Assembly: GCA_965249575.1 (NCBI GenBank) | Contig: OZ252244.1 | Coordinates: 1,792,001-1,856,000 of the forward strand | Direction of reading: 5' to 3' | DNA: 64,000 nucleotides | From: Gemmatimonadales bacterium | GTDB taxonomy: Bacteria > Gemmatimonadota > Gemmatimonadetes > Gemmatimonadales > GWC2-71-9 | Shown: positions 38,826 to 48,430 of the stretch, piece after piece | Layout of the letters: the number at the start of each line of letters is the position of its first letter | Position numbering within the stretch: the stretch's first letter is position 1 | Notes under the pieces: generated by a model | What the model was told of the DNA's origin: nothing | Seen by the model: only the letters and a program-made list of their open reading frames with translations | Database searches by the model: none | Program-made: the position numbers and the translations under genes

Positions 38826-39905
38826 TCAATCGCCCAGCGCTATTCCCAGCTCCCGCGCTGTCTGGATGGAATCGCTGCTCAGCGGAACGCACTTTGAGCG
38901 GTTCACCGATTTCGAAAGCGGCACAGTCACCACCTCCGGGGGGTCCAAGGCCACCATGTGGCCGAACTGTTTCTGGGCCGCGGCGCGAACCGCGGCAACT
39001 CCAAAACGGAGCGCTAGTAGGCGGTCGAACGTCGTCGGGGAGCCGCCGCGCTGGAGGTGGCCGAGCGTGAGTGTGCGCGTGTCCTTTCCGGTCCCCTGGG
39101 CGATCTCCGTGGCGAGCGTCTCGCCAATCCCTCCGAGTCGCTCGAGGGCGCCGGCCCCACCCGCCTCCTTGACTATCGGCCGGCCGCCTTGCGGAGCGGC
39201 TCCCTCGGCAACCACGACCATACTGAAATGCCTTCCGTGTGCCTCCCGGTCGCGGATCTTCGCGCACACCCTCTCGATGTCGTAGGGGATCTCGGGGATC
39301 AGGATGACGTCGGCGCTCCCGGCGAGCCCGGAATTGAGCGCAATCCATCCGGCGTAGCGTCCCATCACCTCGACGATCATCACCCGATCGTGGCTCTCCG
39401 CCGTCGAGTGCAGTTTGTCGATCGCCTCTGTAGCCGTGCTCACCGCGGTGTCGAAGCCAAACGTGACGACCGTGCCGGCCACGTCGTTATCGATCGTTTT
39501 TGGGACGCCGACGATCGGAAGGCCGCGCTTCCAAAGCTCATATCCGATCCCGAGGGTCCCGTCGCCACCGACCAGGATGAGGCACTCCAGTCCGTGGCGC
39601 CCGAACGCATCGAGGACTTCGTCCGAGCGATCGATTTCGGACGTGGTTCCATCGGGCTGCTTGACCGGCCAGCCGAAGGGATCCCCCCGGTTGGTAGTAC
39701 GGAGGATTGTGCCGCCGAGATGGGTGATCCCCCGCACGCTCTCGCGTCTCAACGGAATCAACTCACCCTCACCCAACAGCCCCCCGAACCCCCGCTCCAC
39801 ACCGAGTACCTCCCAACCGCGGTAGTGGGCCGCGAGCACCACACTGCGGATCACCGCGTTCAGACCCGGCGCATCCCCGCCACCGGTCGAAATCGCGATT
39901 CGCAC
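38826..39905 (-). CDS. pfkA: 6-phosphofructokinase
   Basis: TGGGDAPGLN, GGDGT, PKTIDND, EVMGR, GHLQRGG. Confidence 0.95.
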   Translation of the reverse strand: MRIAISTGGGDAPGLNAVIRSVVLAAHYRGWEVLGVERGFGGLLGEGELIPLRRESVRGITHLGGTILRTTNRGDPFGWPVKQPDGTTSEIDRSDEVLDAFGRHGLECLILVGGDGTLGIGYELWKRGLPIVGVPKTIDNDVAGTVVTFGFDTAVSTATEAIDKLHSTAESHDRVMIVEVMGRYAGWIALNSGLAGSADVILIPEIPYDIERVCAKIRDREAHGRHFSMVVVAEGAAPQGGRPIVKEAGGAGALERLGGIGETLATEIAQGTGKDTRTLTLGHLQRGGSPTTFDRLLALRFGVAAVRAAAQKQFGHMVALDPPEVVTVPLSKSVNRSKCVPLSSDSIQTARELGIALGD

Positions 39906-39911
39906 GCCGCC

Positions 39912-40142
39912 CTATGCCTTCCGGCGACGCAAGAGCCGGATGACCTCGCCCGATTTGGCATGCCTTCCGAGGCTCGCCTTGGAAAAGATGAGATCCCCGT
40001 CCACTGCCACTTCGAATACTCCCCCCGACCCCTCGACGAGCTTGACGTCCGCGTCGGGATATTCCGCCTTCAACTCGGCCGCCAGACCGGCGGCCCGTGG
40101 CTCATAGTTTCAAACCACGCAGTACTGAATCGTGACTAGCAT
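39912..40142 (-). CDS. SelT/SelW/SelH (Rdx) family selenoprotein, 76 aa, Sec at codon 11
   Basis: MLVTIQYCVVUNYEPRAAGLAAELKAEYPDADVKLVEGSGGVFEVAVDGDLIFSKASLGRHAKSGEVIRLLRRRKA; AGGAGG RBS; in-frame TGA at 40110-40112. Confidence 0.92.
40077..40095 (-). promoter_or_regulatory. Bacterial SECIS element
   Basis: GGCCGCC-GGTCT-GGCGGCC hairpin starting 14 nt after the UGA. Confidence 0.85.
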
Positions 40143-40262
40143 GGCCCCTCCTGCCGTTCTTCAGGGATAAGCTAACCGGGCCGGCGGCCCGTCCGCAGGT
40201 GGCGCGCCTCGCAGTTTCCACAGGCTTTCCCAACATTCACGTTTGCACTGAGCTTGGAGACC

Positions 40263-42459
40263 ATGCCGCAGGCGAGCCGGAAGGAAACTGGAAAGTGGGT
40301 TCGCGTCGTCGTCGGATTCGGGGCCGTGTGTTTTCTCGGGCTTTCCGTTGCCGGCCTCACCGACCCCGCTCTGCATCAGAGCGCCCTCGCCGTCGAGTTC
40401 CTCGTTCTGGTCGCGGCGACGATCTTTGCGCGAAAATTCGGCATTGCCCTGCCTGGCAAAGGCTTCGCGTCGTTCACGCTCGGAGTGGTCCTCTTCGCGA
40501 TGCTTCACCAGGGGTGGCAGATCGCGTTGTGGGTGGCCGCGATGGGCGTGACTGTTGGGGAACATCGTGCTCCGCCGTCTGCGAGTTCCAGATGCGTTGG
40601 CGAACGGCAGCCACGCGGGATTCGCAACGGGCATCGCCGGAACATTGTACGCCCTCACCGGTGGGTGGACAGGCTCCGACGCGCTCACCGAAGAGAACTT
40701 CGTTCCCCTCTCACTCGCCGTGCTACTGCTACCCGCCATTTCCAACCTGACCTACTACCTCGAGACGTCAGCACACGGCGTCAGCCGGATTGTCAGCGAC
40801 GCCCGCTCCCGCTCGCTCGCCTGGGTAGATGCGCAGTTCACGATGCGGTGGGAGGTGGTCGTATTCGGAACGTCCGCGGGGTTCGCGCTCGCGTGGTTGG
40901 CGCTTCTCACGTCAGGCCTGACGCCTCTACCGACTGTGGTGATTTCGGCGGTTCTGCTCGGCGCGACGGTGGTCGCGCACGACGTCATTCAAACGGGGGT
41001 CAAGGCCGCCGAGCTGAGGCTGGTGCACGGCCTCGCGGGCGCGGTGGCGGCGGAAGTGAGCATCGAACGAAGCTTTGAGAGGATTCGGATGCTCACGCGG
41101 CGCCTCCTCCCCTGGGAGCAGATGGGATTCGCCCGTTATGACGCAGGCGGCAACGAGATGGAGTTGTTGGCCGATACGGCTGGTGAGGCCGCCGACCGGT
41201 TCGACACGCGTGGAGGTGACGCGGCCTTGGCAATACGCCGGGGTGGGCCGGTGGTCTCCAGCTATACCAACGGATCGCCAGACGCGGGAACCGACGACCG
41301 GCACGGCGGATCGGAGATTCTGGTGCCTCTCTATCAGGGCGGCAATCTGGTCGGCCTGTGGAGCGTGCGCCATTCAGACCCATCCATCTATCGGGAGTCC
41401 GATGGGGATCTCTTGAACCTGATGGCTCCACAGCTCGCGCTGTCCCTGTCGTTGAGCGCGTTGCTGGCCCCACTGGCCGAGACCTCGAAGCGCACAGCGT
41501 CGTACGTGCACCAGCTGACCGCGGCCAGCGCCGACATCCGCCGTTCCTCGGAAGACGTCGTCGCCACTGCGACGCGCGCGGAGAAGGAGGGGTCGACGGC
41601 AGCGGATGGCGTGGAATCGGCGGTAACCGCGTTGAGCCAGCTACTCGAATCGATCAACGAGGCGACGGAGGCGGCGACCGAGACGCAGGAGACCACTGGC
41701 GCAATGGGGCGGACGGCAGCCGACTTGCGCGATGCGACCGTGAAGACGGTCGATCAGGTCAACCAACTGAGCGTGGCGGTCGAAGAAGGCGCCTCGGAGG
41801 TGGGGCACCTCCGCGACGCCTCCAAGGAGGTCGAACTGTTCGCCGAAACCATCGCAGCCATCGCCGGACAAACCAATCTTCTCGCCCTCAACGCGACCAT
41901 CGAGGCCGCCCGGGCCGGGGCCCACGGCCGGGGATTCGGCGTCGTCGCCGACGAGGTTCGAAAGCTCGCCGAAGAGAGCGCCCAGGCCGCCGCAAGCATG
42001 GGCCGCAGCGCCCAGGCGACGCGCGCGGTGCTGGATCGGGCCGCCCGGATCCTCGAGGGGCTTGCGAGCCACTTGAGCGACCTGGCAGAGTCCACGTCGA
42101 AATGGCGAGCCGAACTCACCGCGATGGTCGATACGGCGGAGCGGACCCGCTGGGTCGTGGACCGCATGTCGCAGATTCCCGTCGCGAACCTCGAAACGGC
42201 TAGCGCGGTCAACGAAATCCTGGCCAAGGCCCGGGACGCCGCGACCACCTCGGCACGCGAGGCAATGGCGGTGGCTGAGGCTACCGGCGCTCAGCGCCAC
42301 GCCATCGAGCATCTGACCCGCGGTGCGGCCGAGGTGTCGCGCCTCGCCGATCGGCTGGCGGAGGGTTCCCGGTTCATCGAGGGGGTCCGGGAGAAGCCCG
42401 AACGTGACGAGGGACACGGCGAGGGACCTGAACCGCAGGCCACCGTGAGTCAAGATTGA
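40263..42459 (+). CDS. Methyl-accepting chemotaxis protein with multi-TM N-terminus and GAF domain; frameshift in G-run near 40558
   Basis: [41 protein letters not shown]-like SEILVPL..GNLVGLW. Confidence 0.88.
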
Positions 42460-42533
42460 CGATTAACTCACCGATGTTAGTCGTTGTGGGAAAGGGACAT
42501 CCGGGTCGCCAGCTCGAAAGGACAGCAACGGCA

Positions 42534-44126
42534 ATGCCTAGCGCTACTACGGCTTACGGGTACCTGCACCGATTCCCGCGACTCGCGCACCCTTCGGCCC
42601 TGGCGTGGGTCTGCCTGCTCCTGGTCCAGCCTGCTGCGGCTCAGACCGGGTCGAAGGGCCAGGTCGAGCTGGGCGCATACGGCACCGTCACCGCGTATGA
42701 CGGAACAACCCTGGGACTGAACCAGGACCGGGGAGCCGGGGGACGGCTTGGAGTGTTCGCTACCCGCGTGGTCTCGTTGGAAGCCAGCGGGGACTACACG
42801 ATTGCCCAGCTTGCGGCCACCGGTGAGGAGGTCAACCTCGCTCGGTTGGGCGGCACGCTCTACGCGAACGCGCAGATCCTGGGATCGACCGCCCTCTATC
42901 TCGGCGCCGGATACGAGCGGACCTATTACCGCGGAGCCTACGACACCGAGGACTCAGGCGGCCATCTGATCTTCGGTGCCAGGATGCCCCTCGGCGGCAG
43001 GGCCGCCCTACGGGCGGAAGCGCGGGGCTCGTACGTCCCGAGCTCGACGGTGCCTGGCGCCACCACCAACGCATTCAACTTCGGCGGGGCGCTCGGCGTT
43101 TCGATCTTTGCCTTCGGTGGCCCCAAGCGCGACACCGACCAAGATGGCGTTCAGGACAAGAACGACGAATGCCCCGGTACCCCCTTCGGAGCCCTGGTTG
43201 ATCAGACTGGCTGCCCCACCGACGAGGATCAGGACCGCGTGTTCGACGGTTTGGACCAGTGCCCCGGTACGCCACTGGGCGCGACGGTCGATCCGGTAGG
43301 GTGTCCCACCGACAGCGATGCGGACGGCGTACTCGACGGCATCGACGTATGCCCCGAGACCCCCGCGGGCGCGTTGGTAGACGCGAACGGATGTCCCTCG
43401 GACAGTGACGGAGACCGCGTGTTCGACGGACTGGATCAATGCCCGGACACGCCGCTTGGCGCCACGGTCGATGCGGTGGGGTGCCCGATCGACACCGATG
43501 GAGACAGCGTTTTCGACGGCATCGACATGTGCCCGGACACGCCGCCCGACACGATGGTCGACGAGCGGGGCTGCCCGGCGGACGCCGATGGTGACGGCGT
43601 GACCGACGCCTTGGACCAGTGTCCCGACACCCCGCGGGGAACAGCCGTCGACGAGGTTGGTTGCCGCGCCGACGCCGATGGTGACGGCGTGCACGACCTG
43701 GCCGATCGCTGTCCCAACACGACTCCGGGCCAGCGGGTCGATGCGGTGGGGTGCCCGGTCTTGTTCGAGATCGTCGAGGGTCAGGCCCGACCTCTCGTGC
43801 TGAAGGGCGTCAACTTCCAGGTCGGCCGGTCGGCTCTCACGCCCGAGTCTTAGGGCATTCTCGAGGAGGTTGCCGGATCCTTGGTCGCGAACCCCGAGGT
43901 GAGAATCGAGATTTCGGGACACACCGACTCCACCGGATCCAGGCGGCTGAACATGCGCCTATCCTTGGCCCGCGCGCAGGCCGTCCGGGCCTTCCTCGCC
44001 CAGCAGGGTGTCGACCCGTCACGAATGGTCGCGGAGGGATACGGACCCGACCGGCCCATCGCACCCAACACGACGCGCGCTGGACGAGCCGAGAACCGCC
44101 GCGTAGAGTTAAGCCCACTGCAGTAG
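42534..44126 (+). CDS. OmpA family protein (beta-barrel, TSP3 repeats, OmpA-C) with in-frame TAG at 43851-43853
   Basis: Signal peptide, barrel strands, D.D.DGV.D..D.CP.TP repeats, GHTDSTG, LSLARA, NRRVE. Confidence 0.88.
43130..43760 (+). repeat. Seven 90-bp thrombospondin type-3 coding repeats
   Basis: Seven CP(G/E/D/N)T units with 30-aa period. Confidence 0.85.
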
Positions 44127-44194
44127 CGCGCAGCCCGGCGGCTCACGCCGCCGGGCTCCGCAACATCGTTCGCCGCTAACTCCGAGGTGTAGTA

Positions 44195-46564
44195 GTGCAC
44201 CGTCGAGCAGCGTTCGTGGCTGCGCTCTTGGCGTCTCCGCTCGGTCTCTCCGCCGCCATCGCGGCGGCGCAGCAGGCGCCCCCACCTCCCCCAGCTCCCG
44301 CGTCGGTGCTGGGCTTTGCACCTGGTGCCGACCGGAAGCTCGTGGAGTGGCCGGTCTTGGTGGAGTACTACCAACAGCTCGCGCGCGCCAGCGATCGGGT
44401 CGAGTACCGGGAGCTTGGAAAGACGACCTTGGGCGCGCCGTTCGTATCCTTGATCGTCTCCAGCGCCCGAAACATGGCGCAGCTCGACGAGATCAGGGCG
44501 ATGAACGGGAAGCTCGCGGACCCCCGAACGCTGGGCTCGGATCAGGAGCGTGCGCGATTGCTCGGCGACGCGAAAGCGATCGTGCTCATCACCTCGAGCA
44601 TTCATTCGACCGAGGTCGGGACGCACCTCGCCCCGGCCGTCATCGCGCATCGACTCGCCGGGACCACCGAGCCCGACCTGCTCGAGGTCCTCGACAAGAC
44701 GGTTCTCCTACTCGTCCCGTCACTCAACCCCGACGGCATAACCATCGTCGCGGGTTGGTACAACCAAACGCTCGGAACGTCGAGCGAGGGCACCACGCCC
44801 CCCGAGCTGTATCATCACTACGTCGGACACGACAACAACCGGGACTGGTACGCGTTCACCCAGGTCGAGACGCAGCTTACCATCGACAGCATGCACAACG
44901 CGTGGCACCCGCAGATCGTCCACGACATCCACCAACAGGGTTCCACCGGGAGCCGGTTTTTCCTTCCGCCGTTCATGGATCCCGTCGAGCCCAACGTCGA
45001 CCCTCTCATCGTGCAGGGGTTCAACTCCCTCGGCACCTACATGGCGTGGGAGCTGGCGGGCCAGGGGAAGAAGGGCATCGTCGTCAACTCGACATACGAC
45101 GCGTGGACGCCGGCCAGGGCCTATCAGCACTACCATGCGGGCGTCCGCATCCTGTCGGAAACGGCGTCCGCTCGGTTGGCGACGCCGATCGACCTAGAGC
45201 TAAGCGACATCAATACCGGCGGCCGCGGGTTCAACCCGCGCGAGTCGAGCTGGAACTACGCCGATCCGTGGCTCGGTGGCCGGTGGGGTATGGCCAACAT
45301 CCTCGATTACCAGGTGTCGGGCGCGCTCGCGCTGCTGAAGCACGCAGCCGCCAACCGGAAACTGTGGCTCCACAACTTCTTGAAGATCGGCGAGCGGGCG
45401 GTGAAGGGATGGGAAGAATGGCCGTACGCTTTCGTCATTCCGGCGGTCGACCGGGACACGCCCGGCTTGAACACGGTACTTGGCATTTTGGTTCGAGGCG
45501 ACGTCGAGGTTCGCACGGCGTTGAGCGAGTTCACGGCGGGCGGGCGGCGGTTTGCACCGGGCACGTACGTCGTGCCGCTTAGACAGCCCTACGGTTCGTT
45601 CGCCAAGGCGTTGCTCGAGCGACAGGACTACCCGGACTTGCGCCAATATCCTGGGGGCCCGCCGCGCGCTCCCTATGACGTAACCGCCCACACGCTGCCG
45701 CTGCTCATGGGCATCGAAGCGTATGCTGTCACCGACAGCTTGACGGTGCCGCTCTCCGAGCCAGTCTCCTCGGGGGAGCCGGAGTACGCGTATGCCGGGC
45801 TCAGCGGGAAGGGCGGAGGCGGCACTGCGGCGAGAGCGCCCCGAGTGGGTCTTTATCGCAGTTACACGGGCGCGATGGACGAGGGATGGACGCGCTGGAT
45901 TCTCGACGCCTGGCGAGTACCGCACAGGTCGCTCGTCGATTCGGACATACGGGGCGGCGACCTGAAGTCCAAGCTCGACGTAATCGTCATTCCGGACGCG
46001 TCCGAAAGCGCGATTCGCGACGGCCTTTCGGCCGATAGCTATCCGGCCGAGTACGCGGGCGGCCTGGGCGATCGCGGCGTGGCGGCACTCACCGAGTTCG
46101 TGCGGGGTGGTGGAACGCTAGTCGCCTTGAACAACGCGGCGCACTTCGCGATTGGCGCCTTCGATCTTCCCATTCGGAACACGGTAGAGGGACTCGACAA
46201 CCAGGAGTTCTATGCGCCCGGCAGCATCTTCCGTCTCATGCTGGACACCACGCATGCGATCGCGCGCGGGCTGCCCAGCCGGAGCGTCGCGTGGTACCAG
46301 CGAGGGCCGGTGTTCGAAGTCATCGACCCGAGTGCCGCGCGCGTGGTCGGGAGCTACCCCGAAGACCCGTCCACCATTCTGTTGTCCGGTTGGGTACTCA
46401 ACCCCGAGCGGATAGCCGGCGGAGGGGCTCTAGTGGAAGCCCCAGTCGGTCGCGGTCGCGTGGTCCTGTTCGGCTTCCGCCCGCAATACCGCGGGCAGTC
46501 GATCGCCACCTTCCCACTGCTCTTCAATGCGCTTCTGTTGGGCCATGAACCGCGTACCGACTGA
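44195..46564 (+). CDS. M14 zinc carboxypeptidase family protein
   Basis: IHSTE, NPDG, DNNRD, DIHQQG; signal peptide. Confidence 0.92.
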   Translation: MHRRAAFVAALLASPLGLSAAIAAAQQAPPPPPAPASVLGFAPGADRKLVEWPVLVEYYQQLARASDRVEYRELGKTTLGAPFVSLIVSSARNMAQLDEIRAMNGKLADPRTLGSDQERARLLGDAKAIVLITSSIHSTEVGTHLAPAVIAHRLAGTTEPDLLEVLDKTVLLLVPSLNPDGITIVAGWYNQTLGTSSEGTTPPELYHHYVGHDNNRDWYAFTQVETQLTIDSMHNAWHPQIVHDIHQQGSTGSRFFLPPFMDPVEPNVDPLIVQGFNSLGTYMAWELAGQGKKGIVVNSTYDAWTPARAYQHYHAGVRILSETASARLATPIDLELSDINTGGRGFNPRESSWNYADPWLGGRWGMANILDYQVSGALALLKHAAANRKLWLHNFLKIGERAVKGWEEWPYAFVIPAVDRDTPGLNTVLGILVRGDVEVRTALSEFTAGGRRFAPGTYVVPLRQPYGSFAKALLERQDYPDLRQYPGGPPRAPYDVTAHTLPLLMGIEAYAVTDSLTVPLSEPVSSGEPEYAYAGLSGKGGGGTAARAPRVGLYRSYTGAMDEGWTRWILDAWRVPHRSLVDSDIRGGDLKSKLDVIVIPDASESAIRDGLSADSYPAEYAGGLGDRGVAALTEFVRGGGTLVALNNAAHFAIGAFDLPIRNTVEGLDNQEFYAPGSIFRLMLDTTHAIARGLPSRSVAWYQRGPVFEVIDPSAARVVGSYPEDPSTILLSGWVLNPERIAGGGALVEAPVGRGRVVLFGFRPQYRGQSIATFPLLFNALLLGHEPRTD

Positions 46565-47798
46565 CGCACGCTGCGCGGTGACCATCGCCCTCGTGGTGGG
46601 CCTGACGCTCTCCGGGGCGCGGGCGGTGCTCGCACAGAATGGGGGAAGCGGGAGCTGGCCCGATGGGAGCTACCGCAGCGGCCGGACTCCCGACTATTGG
46701 AGCGAGATCGCACCGTTCTCGATGCAGGGAGTGAATCTCCCGCCGCCGCCGCCGGGGGAGGCGCCCGCCGTGGTGCGCGGACTCTACCTCAACGCGTGGG
46801 TGTTTGGGTCCAAACGTTTCTACGATCTGTTGGAGCTTGCGGACACGACCGAAGTCAACGCGTTCGTGATCGACGTGAAGGACGGAACCGGGTACGTGAC
46901 GTTCTACTCCAACGTGCCTACCGCCGTGGCCATCGGCGCGAACGAGTTCGTGCGGGCGAGAGATACGCGCAAACGTCTCGCGCTGCTCCACGAGCGTGGT
47001 ATCCACCCGATCGCACGAATCGTCGTGGCGAAGGATCCACTCCTCGCGAAGCGAAAGCCCGAGTGGGCCGTGCAGCACGCCAAGGGCGGCTTGTGGCTCG
47101 ACCGGCAAGAGACGGCCTGGGTGGACGCCTTTCGGGACTCGGTGTGGGCGTACGCGGCGGACATAGCCGGCGAAGCGGTGCTAATGGGTTTCCGTGAAAT
47201 TCAGTTCGACTACGTGCGGTTTCCCGACGAGCCGCGCGAGCTGATGATCGACGCGGTCTACCCTGCCCGGCGCGGCCGCGAAGCGCAGCACGCGGCCATC
47301 AAGCGCAACGTCACCATGCTGCGCGACCGGGTCGCGGCGCTCGGTGTGCCGTTCACGATCGACGTTTTCGGGTTGACCACCAGCGCGACGAACGACGTCG
47401 GCGTCGGCCAGCGCTGGGAGGACCTAGTGCAGATCGTCGACGTCATTCTCCCGATGGTTTACCCGTCCCATTATCATCGCGGTTCGTACGGATACCCTCG
47501 GCCGAACGCCGAGCCGTACAACGTGGTCCGCCGCGCGCTCGAGCACGGGATCCGGCGGCGGGAACAGGTCGGTGGACGGGCAGGCATCAGGCCATATCTG
47601 CAAGCGTTCACGCTCGGGAGGCCGCGGTATACACACCATGAAGTCAGGGAGCAAATCCGGGCGGTCGAGGATCTCGGTCTGACGGACTGGATTCTGTGGA
47701 ACGCGCGGGGCGTGTACCCCAGGGGCGCGCTGCGCCCCTCCCAACCTTCTCCCCGCTTTCAAGCGCGTATAATGACCGGCGGCGGCTTCTCCCCCTAG
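46545..47798 (+). CDS. Putative glycoside hydrolase (DUF4015)
   Basis: VIDVKD..G, ARIVVAKD, EIQFDYVRFP, PMVYPSH, RPYLQAF. Confidence 0.9.
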   Translation: MNRVPTDARCAVTIALVVGLTLSGARAVLAQNGGSGSWPDGSYRSGRTPDYWSEIAPFSMQGVNLPPPPPGEAPAVVRGLYLNAWVFGSKRFYDLLELADTTEVNAFVIDVKDGTGYVTFYSNVPTAVAIGANEFVRARDTRKRLALLHERGIHPIARIVVAKDPLLAKRKPEWAVQHAKGGLWLDRQETAWVDAFRDSVWAYAADIAGEAVLMGFREIQFDYVRFPDEPRELMIDAVYPARRGREAQHAAIKRNVTMLRDRVAALGVPFTIDVFGLTTSATNDVGVGQRWEDLVQIVDVILPMVYPSHYHRGSYGYPRPNAEPYNVVRRALEHGIRRREQVGGRAGIRPYLQAFTLGRPRYTHHEVREQIRAVEDLGLTDWILWNARGVYPRGALRPSQPSPRFQARIMTGGGFSP

Positions 47799-47903
47799 CA
47801 CCAGCGCCTGTTCAGCGGCGTCAGTGACCCTGGCCGTACATCCCGTTAGATTCCCCCGGCCAACACCGTCAAGTATTATCGATGTCCTCACCGAGGGGGA
47901 ACC

Positions 47904-48347
47904 GTGGCATCTAGAGAAGCCGCGATGAAGGAGCTACTCGCCGGGCTCAACGAAGACTTCGCGGCGGAGTTCACCGCCGTGATCATGTACGCGGTTTACG
48001 CGGCTCAGGTCGATGGAATTCATCGTGCCGAGCTCAAGCAGTTTTTTCAGAGCGAGATCGCGGACGAGCAGCTCCACGCTCAGCTCCTGGCCGACAAGAT
48101 CGTCGCCTTGGGCGGCGAGATTAGAACTAATCCGAACCCGGTCCCCGATGCGCGCACCAACAAGGCCAGGCTCCAGGCCGCCCATCAGGCGGAGGTCGAC
48201 ACGATCGGCCGTTACATCAAGCGGATCGAGCAGGCGGAGTCCGTTGGCGAGATCGCGCTCAAGGTGGAGCTCGAGACCCTGCTCACCGACGAGACCAAGC
48301 ATCGCGACGAGATGCAGCTCATGCTCAAGAACTACAAGGGAGACTGA
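47904..48347 (+). CDS. Ferritin/bacterioferritin-like protein
   Basis: E..A..MY, DEQLHA, E, DETKH di-iron pattern. Confidence 0.88.
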   Translation: MASREAAMKELLAGLNEDFAAEFTAVIMYAVYAAQVDGIHRAELKQFFQSEIADEQLHAQLLADKIVALGGEIRTNPNPVPDARTNKARLQAAHQAEVDTIGRYIKRIEQAESVGEIALKVELETLLTDETKHRDEMQLMLKNYKGD

Positions 48348-48430
48348 GGGGGCCCGCCGATCCGTTCTGCCGAGCTAGCCGACGAGGTCGTATTGTAGCT
48401 CGTTCTTCCGAGAGAGTGTTCCGCCTCGCC

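Noticed and set aside
40199..40220. Sigma54 promoter upstream of the chemoreceptor gene
   Set aside because: TGGC is present but the -12 GC is not at the required spacing
43130..43760. 90-bp periodic repeats as a CRISPR array
   Set aside because: They are in-frame TSP3 coding repeats with synonymous variation; no unique spacers and no cas genes
43851..43853. Genome-wide TAG or TGA reassignment
   Set aside because: TAG and TGA terminate many conserved genes here at their expected ends
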